Source: Selaginella moellendorffii (Eukaryota > Plantae > Lycopodiophyta). Taken from it: 64,000 nucleotides of DNA. Numbering within the stretch: position 1 is the stretch's first letter; every line of letters begins with the position of its first letter. Below the pieces are notes generated by a model, which was not told the DNA's origin, searched no databases, and saw only the letters and a list, made by a program, of their open reading frames with translations. Below are positions 22,927 through 36,608 of the stretch, piece by piece. The translations under genes were made by a program, and so were the position numbers. The stretch covers positions 1,552,014 through 1,616,013 of the forward strand of contig NW_003314294.1 of NCBI RefSeq assembly GCF_000143415.4, in the 5' to 3' direction.

Positions 22927-25900
22927 TTTTGTAAACTTTGTAATAAATCTTGCAAATTAATAAAGTAATATATTTCTATATATCAAAGTGTCGTTCCTCT
23001 CGTTCATTAGTACTTGGGTCAGTTTTGGCAGGCTGACTTCGGCACTTCGGTGCATGGGTTCAATCCATAACCATGGGGATAACTATTATAGACTAATCAC
23101 AAGTCCCCACCTCTCTCTCAATGACTCATTTTTGCAAAAGGTGTGGTTGTGTAAACAACTTAATTTGCCAGTTTATAATAGTTGTCTAAATCTTCCCGAC
23201 GGGGTTGATTTATTGCTCAGGGGAAGTTGGGCCTCTAGCCTTCTCCCTATGTCCCTGCAGGCAGGATGTATCATTCCTTTGTAAGCCGAGTGGTATTTAG
23301 AGCAACAAGGGTGGCTAACTCTGTTGGTCATTTCCTTGTCGGTAATGGCCAAAGTGTGTCTGAGTCTTAACATCTTTAGACGTAGAGGAGAGGTCGTTCC
23401 ATAACTCATTTAAGTTGATGCGTTTCCCACATAGTATGCTTTCCATTAACTTTCAAAGTTGTTTCCTTGACGGTTTGCCAGTCCTTATGGACACTCTTTC
23501 CTTACTGCCATGACGGCAAAAGGTCGGTACAGCTGGTTCCCTTTATTGTTCCCACTTGAGCTAGTTGAGAAACTGGTCAATGACCTTGTACTTAAATCGA
23601 ATAAACATAAGGTAGGAACCCTATGTGTTTCTTGCTGAGCATACTCGGCCTAGTTTGAGAAATTCCTGTCATTGGCTTGCACTTGTTAGTATCAAGAACC
23701 CCCGCGTATTGAGACTAGTCCCTCAATATTGCTGAATGATAGCTTATCGTGTCTGCCAAACACCCTCGCTATCATGCCCTTAGTGTTGGTCTCATTTTGG
23801 TCCCAAATGCTAATTATGGAAAGTGTCTAGATTTGCTCATTTGGCATATCTACGGAATGTAGAAATTGGCCTGAACACAATGGTGTTCGTCCGTGTCCAA
23901 ATTTGCAATCTAGCGCCATTCCATATTTAGTAAGTTTCGAGCTTGTCCCAAAGACTAACTCCTAATACTAAGGGAGGCTTGGGGTGAAAGCCCATGTGCC
24001 AAACTCCGTCTGATACCATTTTGTGGAGGTGCTGGATACGGGGAGCTGGTGCTCGTGGGATTGTACCAGACCCTCGTTTCGTAGTGCAACGGGCTTAGAG
24101 TTCGGCTCCAAATTCATGTGCACTACAGTATAGCTAGTAACTACCAATGTTTCCAGCACAAATTTGCAAAGGTGGCTATTTCTGTAACACAATTTTGTCA
24201 ACTAGACTAGTAATGTCAAGCTTGGAGAGTCAACTATTTGGTCAATAGGGCTATTTTTTAGGATCAACCACTTGATGACATTGCACTTACTCTAACAATT
24301 AATCTCTCCCGAGAGCAAATATTGGAGTTAGAGAGCTTCTAAAGCAGAAAAGGAAAAATGTCCCTCTATGAAGCTACACTTCAACCTCACTAGATCTTCT
24401 AAGTAGTCATTGAAAGCTTTAGCTGCACAAGAAGCAAAGTTTGCTAGTACATGTCTGAACTTAGATAGACTTCAAGAGTGGGTTGGTAGAAGGACAACAC
24501 TAGCAGCAAGGTTAGTGTTTAAGATGGTGGAAGAAGTTGTTGTTGGAACTCCTATAGAATTAAGTTATGAACCACTTGGGGACATGAGGACAGCCTATAT
24601 GAAGCATTCACAAACATTTAATGGGCCCAACATCACTTCTTCTAGCTCTCACTATCTAAGGAACATAAAATGGAGGAGATGCTAGTTGTTACACAAGTAA
24701 ATCTAGTGCTAGAGGTTGAGAAGGTTATTGCTTAGTTTCTCGTATCAACTAGTCAACTTGAAGAGTCAATACCAAGAGTAATATGTAAACAACCAAAGAG
24801 AATGACTTAAGAGACAACCCATGGGGTTCAAATATAAAAAGAAAGGGCCCATGAATAAGATGTAAACTCCTAAATTTAGACTTTCCAGAGGAAACTTAAC
24901 CCTAAATATCCCAAGACCCTTAACCAATTGAAAAAGGGGGTACACTTTTGTTCATAGGCCCTTTCCCTCTATATTTGAACTCTATGGATCATCTCTCGAG
25001 TTGTTCCCTTTGTTTTCTTATACAACAGTGCACCCTCTTTTCCAATCAGTTAAGGGTCTTGGGATAGTTTGAATAGTGTTGAGCTAAGTGACCTCCCGGG
25101 AAGTCTAAATTCAAGAGCTTACTGTAAGCAACTAAATTTTCCATTCCACTTTAGTCACTTAACCACACCTTCGACCACTTGGAGGAGTCTTAATCACAAC
25201 CTCCATAAGTCCATTTTAGGACTTGAAACTTACTAGCCCCGAGAATGGCATCCATGCCGCTCAACATTTGCACTTGGTCCAAGTGCTCCACATGTCCGAT
25301 CCCATGACCGACACTCAAAAGTACCACCGACATGGCAGCCTGTTACGCTAATGCCATGCCCAATCACCTTTGCCACACTGGTAGTCCAATACCACTTGTA
25401 TCATAGTCTTGGCTCTCCAAGACTAGGCAAACCATCCGTGAGTGGTCATCTCAGATCCAATCCTTAGCATCCTTAGGATGCCCACCGACAAGGGGAATAG
25501 CCTCCCCCAATATCCCTCTGTCAGTCCCCATTAAGTCCCTTTCTGCCCTTGGCCATGTTTGCCAACACTGCCACTAGATCGAGGCCCACAGGCCCGACCA
25601 CTAAGTCCCACGGTCCTCTGGGACTTCCTCACCTCACGACTGTGTCCTTGGTCACTACCCTAGAGGGCTACTCCTCTTCCTTTCCACAGTCTGGGCCTTT
25701 GGGACAACATTTCGGAACACCGTGGCCTTACGCGAGCCACCTGGGTACTCTCCCCGCCTTCCGCCCTTGGGTGCTCTAGCCATGGGCTTAGAGCGAGGTT
25801 CCATTGAGCCACGCCTGGTATCCAAGTAGGTAGTGCCACCCACACTTGGACTGGGAGCATCGGCCAGTCGATCTCCCGAAGGAACTAGAGCTGGCTCTTG

Positions 25901-26129
25901 AACACTTCACCAAGCTACCCCGCTTGTCGGTCCGTGTTCACTCTAGTTTTGGACTTCCCAGTGGTCAGCTCCTCACCCAACACTGGGTTTGGCCTTCCTG
26001 GGCCAAACTGGCCTTTCCTGGCCAAACTGGCTCCAACCCCCACACTCTCCCTACTATACTTTTGGCCCCCCCCCCCCCCCCTGGGGGACGATCGCTTTGG
26101 GCTTTCACCCAACTGCCTGTATTAGTATT

Positions 26130-26435
26130 TGGACTCGGACTCGGACTCGGACTCGGTCTCGGTCCCGGATTCGGACTCGGACTCGGTCTCAGTCTCGGTC
26201 TCGGTCCCGGTCCCGGTCTCGGTTCCATCTCGGACTCCATTTGGGGTCCATCTCGGACTCCATCTCGGACTCCATATCGGACTCCACTTCGGATCCATCT
26301 CGAACTCCATCTCGGACTCCATATCGGACTCCACTTCGGGTCCATCTCGGACTCCATCTCGGACTCCATATCAGACTCCACTTCGGGTCCATCTCGGACT
26401 CCATCTCGGGTCCGCCTCGGACTCCATCTCGGACA
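26130..26435. repeat. Hexamer/11-12-mer satellite inside family B LTR
   Basis: (GGACTC/GGTCTC)n followed by (CTCGGACTCCAT / CTCGGGTCCAT)n. Confidence 0.9.
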
Positions 26436-29400
26436 CTTCCATGTGTCATGTGTTGGTCCTTTCGGGTCCCTTTTTAGAGCCTCTCTTATGGCTCGCTTCG
26501 TGCTCATTCCTCGAGCACTTTGTTGGGAGTTCCACTCTCGCTCTCGACCTTTCATGTCGGAGTTTTTAGTCCAAACGTGTTACGTTTGTTTGGCTTTCGC
26601 TTCAGCCACTACCATGTGGCACCCTTCCAGCTCCACTTTGGGGCCTAGGGACTTTGTGTCTCACAACTCCACCACCCATAGACGAAGTTCGATGTCCTCA
26701 TCGAACGGTAAACCATTTTATAAAGTAACACTCGCATGTGTTACCATTTCCATCCTTGGCACCTAGCCAATATTTGTCAATGGTTTGACATTGAAGGCTC
26801 ACCATGCCTTCTCCATATTCGTCAATGGTTTGACATTGAAAGCTCACCATGCCTTTTGCATATTCCTCAATAGTTTGACACCAAAGGCTTACCATGCCTT
26901 GCCCATCCTCTAAGGAGGGTAGTCTCTCCAACTTAGAGACTGATTGGAGCACATGTAGTGGTTCTCTCCTTTTATTGGTTTAGTTCTTGCTAAACCTCTT
27001 AGAGACCCTTCTCTAAGTCAATCCCACTATTCCTTCTCGAGTAGTCTCAATTTCCATCTATTGAACGTTTGCACCTTAGAACTTTTACTCTTTTGACTTT
27101 TGGAAGTCAATTTCCCAGGTGTCTTCAACACCTTGCATTGCACAGATTGTGCAACTCCACTTCCCCATCTTAGAAAGTTCATTACTTGAGGGCACTATCA
27201 TCCTCTCTTCTATTTCGTGCCACCTTAAGCACTAAGTTCCATTTATCATACTTTGTGCTAGGGCTGTCCATGGCCCTATCATTTGGCTACCTTACCGCTC
27301 CCTCCCTTGGAGCTTCCACTTTCGCCAAATCGGAGCAATTCGGAATCCATCCTTAGAAACACACTTCCTTTCCCGCAATTTGTTAGCAGCCAACACATTA
27401 GTGTTCCTCGCCTAACTTTGTCACTTGGATTCCTTCCAAGGGATTCCACAGCCCTATCTTGGCCACTCATCTTTTGCTCCTATCCGTTGATTGTTGCACC
27501 AAGCAACATCGAATCTCTACCTCCCTCCTTGAGGTATTCTTTTGATTCCATAGCAAAGGCTCTGCTTTGCCAAGACTAGGGTGTTCACCCCTAGTAAGTC
27601 TCTTTAGCAACTTCTGCTATGGGCCCCTTCCATGGCCCAACATTGTGACCCTCCCATAGGTCCGTTCTAGAGACTACTTTCTTGAACTCACAATACTATT
27701 ATATCGTTGTAGTTCATTTCCCTTAGGTGTCTTTCCCACTTGGTCACCTTGACCAAGCCACACCATTATCAACAGTTCAAATCAACGCTTTGAACTAGGA
27801 ACCTTGTTCCTTAACCTTAAAAGGACCTTGTCCTTATTTAGCCATATGATCACCTAGTGATTTAATCTTGACACCTTAACAGGTTTGCCAATAGGTATTA
27901 GGTCTTCTAGACCCCTCTATGTTGTTGACTATGACCCTGGGGGCATCCCCCACACTTGGCGGTGCGCCCAAGCCAGCCCTTCCGGCCAAGGATCCATAGC
28001 AACTGAGATTGGCTGTCCCCATCTCATTCACCACGTCCTTGGTGCCACTCGCACCAAAGCATTCAAGTTAGATATGCCAAGCCACACTAAGCAATCTAAT
28101 CGTGCATCACGACTCCGAGGCATCCCTCGCTTGGTAGTGTGCCCAAGCCAGTCTCCACACTGAGAGTCCATGACCACCGAAAAATGAGCGTCCTCATATT
28201 CCAAACCATCACCACGCCCTAGTGAGTTGGGACTCGAGCCCAAGCACTAGAGGGTCGGGACTCGAACCCAACCTCCGTATATGCATCTACGGACGGCATC
28301 ACCCAGGATGCCTGGCGTGACTCATCATGCCGGTGCACCAACTTATACTTAAAGCGCGCTACAGATCACAGCTTAGGAACCTAGTTCCTCCACACTGCCA
28401 AGTCCTCTCACTTGACAAGTTTGTGATCATGCATGGACTCCTCCATGCTTGGCCCCATGGCCCACCTTTTTGAAGTTATCACCTTCAACTAGGGTATTTG
28501 TTCCCCCGACTTGCCAATCTCGCTTGGCAAGTCCTCCGACCACTGTAACATGGTTCCTGCATAAGCGTGAAAATCCTTGACCATCAACTTTCGTTCAAAG
28601 CCCTCTCTTTGAACACTCGGGAACTACTTCCCTAACCCTGATAGCCTTGCCTCATGGCAAGCTTCAAGACCACACTTCTGCTGCGCCACTCTAATTTCGC
28701 GCGTTTCATGAACCATTTACACTTGGCCTTTCTAAGTACTAAGCTACCTATAATCGTCTTTGGGAACCTTGAAGGAACTCTGTCCCTTAGCTTGCTAAGG
28801 CCTCCCTTTTCACAAGCTTTATATTTGCCATATAGTCTAACATGGACAATTCCATATTTTAGACTCTCCATGGTATCACGGTTGCTAGCAACAACATCCT
28901 CGAGCACCCTCTTGATTCTCCACTCCCAACTTACACAACCCCCGTTGGATATGCCCTTTGATTTCTATGGTTTAGTTCCATCCCAATACTACTTGCCTTT
29001 TGGCCCCATATGTTTCTTTTGGTTATTCTCCTCCAGACTAGGAGGATAGCTTTGCACATTTTACTATGCCTTAGCAAGTATTCTTAGGGATGAACCTACC
29101 CGATAGCCTAGGGAATGGTTCCTCAATCTTGGGCATGCTCATCTTATAATCCCACATATCGGGATTAACGTTGCTGCTTATGGACCTTTACATGCCCATC
29201 ACTAGCCTTGCCAAAATTCCATTTTTGGCTTTGTCCAATTCGGGTAAACAGTCTTCTCCTGTCTCCACAACCTTGGACATTTGGATAGCACCTGCTATCC
29301 ATCATTCGCTAGGGACTTAGTCCCTTGGGCCTTATCTATTGCCCTTGCGACACGAAACACCTTCTAGTGTTCTAGAGTGTTTGGGTGTCCCAATGATAGC

Positions 29401-31838
29401 CTCCTGACAATAAGCATTCCCGTTTACAACATTGACTTACTATATTGCAACATAAGCAATTTATCCCCCGTAAGGGTATATCTAACTTCTTTATGCCATT
29501 AAGAAGTCTTGGGTAGCCACCTTCTACCCATTTAACCAATTATCTTGCACCTTTTGCTTAGTTGCCCCATAATTGTCAAGTCCTATAACTCATTGCTTGG
29601 TGCTTCCACACCTCCATCATTATCTAGGTCACCACACTCTAACTGCATGCCTTCCAGCTTAGGCCATGCCATTCCCGCTTCCGTTGGGATTCCCTTGGCA
29701 AGGGGTTTTTATGAACCCACCATCATAACCTCAAGGTATCACACCTTGGCACATTTGGTGTCTCCACACTATCGGCCCCACGAGCCTACTCTTATGACAC
29801 TACTTATTAGTGTCTAGGTCTTTGCCAAGACCAATATAGTTGTTCCTCATGCTAACTATCCGTTAGCACCGCACCATAATGTTTGCACCCAACTCTGGGC
29901 CAAAGTTGCTTTCTTCCAAGAACATCTTTCCCACAACTTTAGTATGGCACATTCTGCCATCAATGAGATACCTATTATTCTCATACTTGGATCTTATGAT
30001 CCTTCCCATACCTCATGGGGCACCATACACCTCAGTCCAAATGCTTCAATCAATCTTTTTAGGACCATCCCTTGACTCTACTTGAGTCATCCAGCAATTT
30101 TGGACTTGGTTAATCCAAAGACCTGTAATGTCTTACTTGTGAGGCACTAGCTCACTGGAATACACTCCTTGCAATCCTGTCCTACTCAAAAGGACTATTT
30201 TCACAAGTGTTACTTTGACACTTGATTTTGTTCTCTGGGGGCAACCTTTGCCCCTTAAGACTACTTGTCCATGTGATGAGAATACCAACTCATCTTTAAG
30301 TACACCCCCCAACTCCTTGGGTTGTTCCAGCATTTATTAAAGGTAGCCCCGGCTACCATTTCAAGGACTTGAGTCCTCTTCCGTATTTGACCTCCCACGG
30401 TCATTACCTCTGGTCTCATATTCATGAGCACCAACCTCAACTATATGAGGATAATCTTGTGACTCCTTTATTGTTTTGGAGTCTACATCTTTCCCATGAT
30501 CCCAACTATAGTTGTTTATCACAACTACGTTAGCCCGTTTGCTGTGTCAAACGCTCATTTGGATCACATCCTCAGCTCTCTGAGGAGACCTTATACTGTT
30601 CCCAAGATCCCAAAGTCATTCCATTATTGGCCCTTTTCTATCCATCACATTGTGCCCAAGTTCACGCATGAATTTGAGTGGAGAGCCATGTCCTCTCGAC
30701 ATGCTACTCCTCAAGGATAGGCCCACTCTTAGGACCTTCCGATGCCAACATCAATGGTGATATACTTGAGCACCAATAAAAGTCGGACTAAGGAACAACT
30801 CCGATACCAAGTTGTAAGCAACTAAATTTTCCATTCCACTTTAGTCACTTAACCACCCCTTCGACCACTTGGAGGAGTCTCAATCACAACCTCCATAAGT
30901 CCATTTCAGGACTTGGGACTTGCTAGCCCCGAGAATGGCATCCATGCCGCTCAACATTTGTACTTGGTCCAAGTGCTCCACGTGTCCGATCCCATGACCG
31001 ACACTCAAAAGTACCACCGACATGGCAGCCTGTTACGCTAAGGCCATGCCCAATCACCTTTGCCACACTGGTAGTCCAATACCACTTGTATCACAGTCTT
31101 GGCTCTCCAAGACTAGGCAAACCATCCGTGAGTGGTCATCTCAGATCCAATCCTTAGCATCCTTAGGATGCCCACCGACAAGGGGAATAGCTTCCCCCAA
31201 TATCCCTCTGTCAGTCCCCACTAAGTCCCTTTCTGCCCTTGGCCGTGTTTGCCAACACTGCCACTGGATCGAGGCCCACAGGCCCGACCACTAAGTCCCA
31301 CGGTCCTCTGGGACTTCCTCACCTCATGACTGTGTCCTTGGTCACTACCCCAGAGGGCTGCTCCTCTTCCTTTCCACAGTCTGGGCCTTTGGGACAACAT
31401 TTCGGAACATCGTGGCCTTATGCGAGCCACTTGGGTACTCTCCCCGCCTTCCGCCCTTGGGTGCTCTAGCCATGGGCTTAGAGCGAGGTTCCGTTGAGCC
31501 ACGCCTGGTATCCAAGTAGGTAGTGCCACCCACACTTGGATTGGGAGCATCGGCCAGTCGATCTCCCGGGGGAACTAGAGCCGGCTCTTAAACACTTCAC
31601 CAAGCTACCCCGCTTGTCGGTCCGTGTTCACTCTAGTTTTGGACTTCCCAGTGGTCAGCTCCTCACCCAACACTGGGTCTGGCCTTCCTGGGCCAAACTG
31701 GCCTTTCCTGGCCAAACTGGCTCCACTGGGCTCCAACCCCCACACTCTCCCTACTATACTTTTGGAACCCCCCGCAGCCCCCCCCCCCCCCGGGGGACGA
31801 TCGCTTTGGGCTTTCACCCAACTGCCTGTATTAGTATT

Positions 31839-32320
31839 CGGACTCAGACTCGGACTCGGTCTCGGTCCCGGATTCGGACTCGGACTCGGTCTCAGTCTCG
31901 GTCTCGGTCCCGGTCCCGGTCTCGGTTCCATCTCGGACTCCACGTCGGGTCCATCTCGGACTCCACCTCAGGTCCATCTCGGACTCCATCTCGGGTCCAT
32001 CTCGGACTCCATCTCGGGTCCATCTCGGACTCCATCTCGGTCCATCTCGAACTCCATCTCGGACTCCACCTCGGGTCCATCTCGGACTCTACCTCGGGTC
32101 CATCTCGGACTCCATCTTGGGTCCATATCGGACTCCATCTCGGTCCATCTCGGACTCCATCTCGGACTCCATATCGGACTCCATTTCAGACTCCATCTCG
32201 GACTCCATCTCGGACTCCATTTGGGGTCCATCTCGGACTCCATCTCGGACTCCATATCGGACTCCACTTCAGGTCCATCTCGGACTCTATTTTGGGTCCG
32301 CCTCGGACTCCATCTCGGAC
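31839..32320. repeat. Expanded satellite in the partner LTR of family B copy 1
   Basis: Same units; the array is ~180 bp longer than in the other LTR. Confidence 0.9.
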
Positions 32321-33899
32321 ACTTCCATGTGTCATGTGTTGGTCCTTTCAAGTCCCTTTTTAGAGCCTCGCTTATGGCTCGCTTTGTGCTCATTCCTCGA
32401 GCACTTTGTTGGGAGTTCCACTCCCGCTCTCGACCTTTCAAGTTGGAGCTTTTAGTCCAAACGTGTTACGCTTGTTTGGCTTTCGCTTCGGCCACTACCA
32501 CGTGGCACCCTTCCAACTCCACTTTGGGGCCTAGGGACTTTGTGTCTCACACTTACATTTGGTATCAAAGAGGTCTCAAATTTGACAATGTTAATTAGCT
32601 AAGGGAATTGCACCATATATTGATTGATATCTGGTAGATACATTTGCTTTAGTTGGGCTTGATCCGAGGGGTAGGGTGTCAAGAGAGGGGCTTTTGGGAG
32701 AGTTGTGGCTCTTAGTTTCTATTCACGAGGGTGTAAACTTCCAGGGAAATGTGATGGATTATAGGCAACCAAAGAGAACGACTTGAAAAACAATCTATAG
32801 GGTTCAAATATAGAGAGAAAGGGCCCATGAACAAAAGTGCACCCCCTTTTTCAATCGGTTAAGGGTCTTGGGATTAGTTGGGTTTAAGCATCCTTGAATT
32901 TGAATAGCATTAGGCTGGGTAACCTCCCGGAAAGTCTAAATTCAAGAGCTTTACACAATGCATGTTACTCCAAAATTATTGGGAATTGAGACTAATGTCT
33001 CACATTTATGTGCTCAGGTTTAAGTTCTTTAGCAGTGCCATGTTTTTAGGGCTGTTGAGATCTAAGGGTAAAGGGCTGCCAATCAAGATGGATTTACTGT
33101 TGTGGGACTAATGTTACTCATATAAGCTAGATCTACAACTCAATTATTTTGAAGCCAGATTCCATGTTAGAGGAGTGGTTAGTTGAGTGAAGTTGCAATC
33201 TTTTGAAAGAAAAAATTGAAAGTCTGAAGAGTGTAGGTTTCAAGTTGAAGACTTCCTCAAATGTTTTTGTTGATATTGTTATGCCACCAATGTCAACACT
33301 AGACTGGTAGACATAACTAGCTAGAAATGAGAAAGTTGTACAATATAGGTCTTCCATTTCAAAAGATGTGCAAGAGAAGATCAAGCTAGTAAAAGAGTTG
33401 AAGTGCACAATCATAAAAATAGTATATTGCATGTGGTGGCTTGCTAGGCTCTAAACATTAGCAAAGGCATACTCCAAAAGCCTTTATTCAATTATAAACA
33501 TGTTTATAATTTATAAACACAAGATTAATCTTATTGAATATCAACCATTAGATGGTAAAATTAACTAGAATATACTAGGAAATGTTTAGGAAAGTTTATA
33601 AATTATAAATACAAGATTAATCTAAATGAATAACAATTGTTATATGATAGCATATCCTAGAATATTCAAATATGATGTATAAGTGTCCTTGATCTCCACG
33701 GAACATGCCCTCCAGGATTAAAGTTAATGCACAAGTGTCCTCAAACTCCATCTTGTTTCACACACAATTGGGTTAATGAGCAACAATTAAAAGCTTCTTC
33801 CTTCAATTGGAATGGTTGTTTTTATTATCCTCACGCTGCAAAGTTTGCAACTTTTAAAAATTTGACTTACTATTATTAGAAGATTGGTCGTTCTTTTTC

Positions 33900-34300
33900 T
33901 CTTATTACTTGTTCTTCAACTGTGGATAATCAAATTTATAGTGTCCAAGCTTGTTATAATAATAACAATCCTTTTTATAATTCTTCACAAAGAACTTTTG
34001 CTTCTTTGACCCCTTTGCATCCGAAGTAGCCACCACAAACTTTAACTTATGATATTTCTTCCCATCCTTATGTCCACAGTGATCATCACAACAATTCTTT
34101 ACAGAAAGATTTCTTAAATGCTTGCAAAACTTGTGCTTGTGACACAATTGTTGCTGCATGCTTTCATTATGAAAGCCATCAATAAAGTAGGATTTGTTTT
34201 AATCTGGATCCTTTGTTAGAACACAATTAGTCAAGCGAGTAAACTTCTCAATATAGTCCCTGAGCATTATTTTCCCTTACTGGAAATTCTAAAGTTTTAT
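33900..34300 (-). pseudogene. Highly decayed gag (zinc knuckle) relic
   Basis: CYYYNKLGHYKFDYP resembles a degenerate CX2CX4HX4C knuckle. Confidence 0.4.
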
Positions 34301-34489
34301 GCAAGCATTCTTTAAATCATAGTGAAGGGCAAAAAGTAAAAGAAAGTAAGCTCAAACTCATCTACACATAAAACATACCTCTCAAAGTAGAAGTGTAACA
34401 TACATGGTATCCTGGATGTTGTGATGTGAAAAGGGGGTGGACATAACTCGTTCATTGTGTTGAACTCTTTTTACATGACTCAAGGGGCT

Positions 34490-35920
34490 TGACACTCCCA
34501 CTCTGGCTTGATCAGCTGAGAGGATGGACTACCCCCCACTCAACCGAAACAGATGGAGAGGAGACAGCGCGATGGCGTTCAAAGGAGTCTCGAGCCAAAG
34601 CCTTCGTGAGTATATCAGCCACCATTGCCTCGGTGGGGCAATATTCCAGCAACAACTTTCCATTTTGGACTTGTTCCCTCACGTAGTGGAAACGAATCTC
34701 AATGTGTTTCGTCCGAGAATGGAAGCAAGGATTAGCGGCCAGTGCAAGAGCACTTTGGTTGTCCGAGAACAGCACCATAGGGCCGGTGCAAGCAGGAATC
34801 TGGGGCAGGTCATGGCAGAACTGGGTCAACCAAATCGCTTCTTTGCTGGCAGCGGTTAGGGCAATGTACTTTGCCTCTGTTGGAGGACAGAGCCACCAGC
34901 GGCTGGCACTTACTGCTCCAGGACACAGCAGCCCCATGGAGCAAGAACGCATACCCAGAGGTAGAGCGCCTTGAGTCCTGGTCGCCCGCCCAGTCCGCAT
35001 CCGAGTACCCATGAAGTTCCTGTGACACAGCAGCCCCATAGTGAAGCTGCAATTGCAAGGTACCTCGAATGTAGCGGAAAATCCGCTTCACAGCTTGGCA
35101 ATGTGCAGGTCCAGGGTGCTCGAGGAACTGGGAAACCATCCCAACAGCATAGGCGAGATCTGGTCGCATTCCCAGCATCAAATAAACAATGCTCCCCACA
35201 GCTTGACGATACATGTACTCTCGTTCTTCCTCTGTGACAGGGGCCATGTCACGAGTTTGTGATTCACCTCAAGAGGTGTGGCCACGGGAGAGCAGTCCAG
35301 CATATTGAAGCGTTCCAAGATCTCCCTTGCATAGTGAGCTTGTGTCAAGCTCAAGGTGCATGCTCCTGAGCGTGTGTCAAGCTCAAGGTGCGTGCTCCTC
35401 GATTGCATATAATTTGGATGCCAAGGAAATGGCGAAGCTCGCCCAGGTCAAACATCTCAAATTCTTCACTCAGCTTCTTTTTCATCTCGTCCAGCAGGTG
35501 GCGGGTTTTTGCACCGAGAATGCAGTTGTCAACGTACACAGCAAACAGGAGAAAATCGTCACCACACTTGTATAGGTACACGTTTCCTTCTACTGCAAGA
35601 GGAACACACCCCAGGCTCTTGAAGACAGAGGTGGCTTCTGGCAGAGGTGTAGCTGGAGGGCATGGTGGCAGTGCTGGAGAAACCACCACGTTACCACCAC
35701 CAGGAGCAAGAGGCAGCAACAGGACTTGCGAAGGAGCTGTAGTCACATGAACTGTATCCACCAGCTGGAGTTCCATGAAAGTAGGAGCAGGAACTTCAGC
35801 GCGATCCTTGTACAGCTTGCTCTCATCAAAGAGCACATCCCGTCTTTCTGGCAAAGTCTTGCGCTTGAGAGAATCAAGGCGATATCCTTTCATGCCTTCC
35901 AAATATCCCAGGAATTCAAT
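34490..35920 (-). pseudogene. Ty1/Copia pol fragment (integrase tail, RT, RNase H)
   Basis: FLGY..GMKGYRL; AVYVDNCIL; FEMFDLGELRHFLG; RPDLAYAV; GYSDADWAGD; SDNQSA; RTKHIEIRFH; ADILTKAL. Confidence 0.9.
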
Positions 35921-36608
35921 GCTGAATAAATAGAAAGCAATAAAAAACATAAAACATACCTCTCAAGGTAGCAGTGTAATATACATGGTATCCTGGAATC
36001 TCCTTAGCTTTGTGAGCCTTCATCTTCTCATCCGCCAAACATCTATGGTGGGTAGAGCAAAAGCAGCCGTCCTTGTGGTAAACCACACCAGCCAGTATTC
36101 TTTCATCTGCAAAATGCTGCACTGCTGTCCTAACTGCCATACCTTTGTATGGCCGGATGCCATTTGGAAAAAATTCGGCGAGAAAAGCCATTGCTTCGAG
36201 CACGTGAACATTGTTCTCTTGGGATCTGTGGTCTATATACCACTCCTTGTATCAATCGTCAAAATTGAAAGCCTGTACTATAGTAGCTGTAAGCAGCTGT
36301 GAGAGACGAAAAATGAACTGGCAGCGCAACCAACAAGTGAAGTGTGCAGAATGGCAAATCACTTACTGGTTGCAATATGCGATCAGTTCGTACCACAAGG
36401 CTTCTGAATCAAGAGCAGTAAGTGATGAAGGTACGCCTATCTTGGGGACGGAGGTGTTTGATATCTCCATCTTCAACCCTGGGCGTATGCCAATGAATAC
36501 CAAGCAGCTTCTCGGATTGCGCCAAGTCCAAGAGCTCCTCGCGTGTGAGAGTTTAGATCCAGATGAACCCTAGATAATTAGGTTGGGGTCTTTAGGGATT
36601 TCAGGGCC

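Larger units (their letters stand above)
4240..24127 (+). mobile_element. Chromoviral Ty3/Gypsy element (family A), degenerate; host of two nested insertions
   Basis: 5' LTR remnant ending CACTACA at 4591; PBS TGGTATCAGAG at 4594-4604; gag split at 4886/5482 and 5589/18684; pol to ~22926; 3' LTR ending CACTACA at 24127. The left boundary is approximate. Confidence 0.85.
25123..32551 (-). mobile_element. Complete non-autonomous/decayed LTR element (family B, copy 1)
   Basis: LTRs 25123-26665 and 30813-32551 (TG...CA); TSD CTTAC (25118-25122 / 32552-32556); PBS (reverse complement of CCGATACCA, ~30801) and PPT (~26666-26677); the 4.1-kb interior has no long ORF. Confidence 0.88.
24785..32955 (+). 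mobile_element. Cassandra-like TRIM interrupted by a family B LTR element
   Basis: 5' LTR piece 24785-25122 (with a nested inverted LTR fragment at 24861-25024); resumes at 32552 with PBS TGGTATCAAAG, PPT GAGGGGTAGGG and 3' LTR 32677-32955 with a 5S-like segment. Confidence 0.75.

Noticed and set aside
26107-26120. GGGCTTTCA as the family B LTR end
   Set aside because: LTR homology continues to GTCTCACA (26665/32551), where the PPT and the CTTAC TSD are found.
25846-32598. Long ORFs with GLGL / SISD / RTPS repeats (also 57785-58670)
   Set aside because: Artefacts of stop-free LTR satellites, open in several frames and on both strands.
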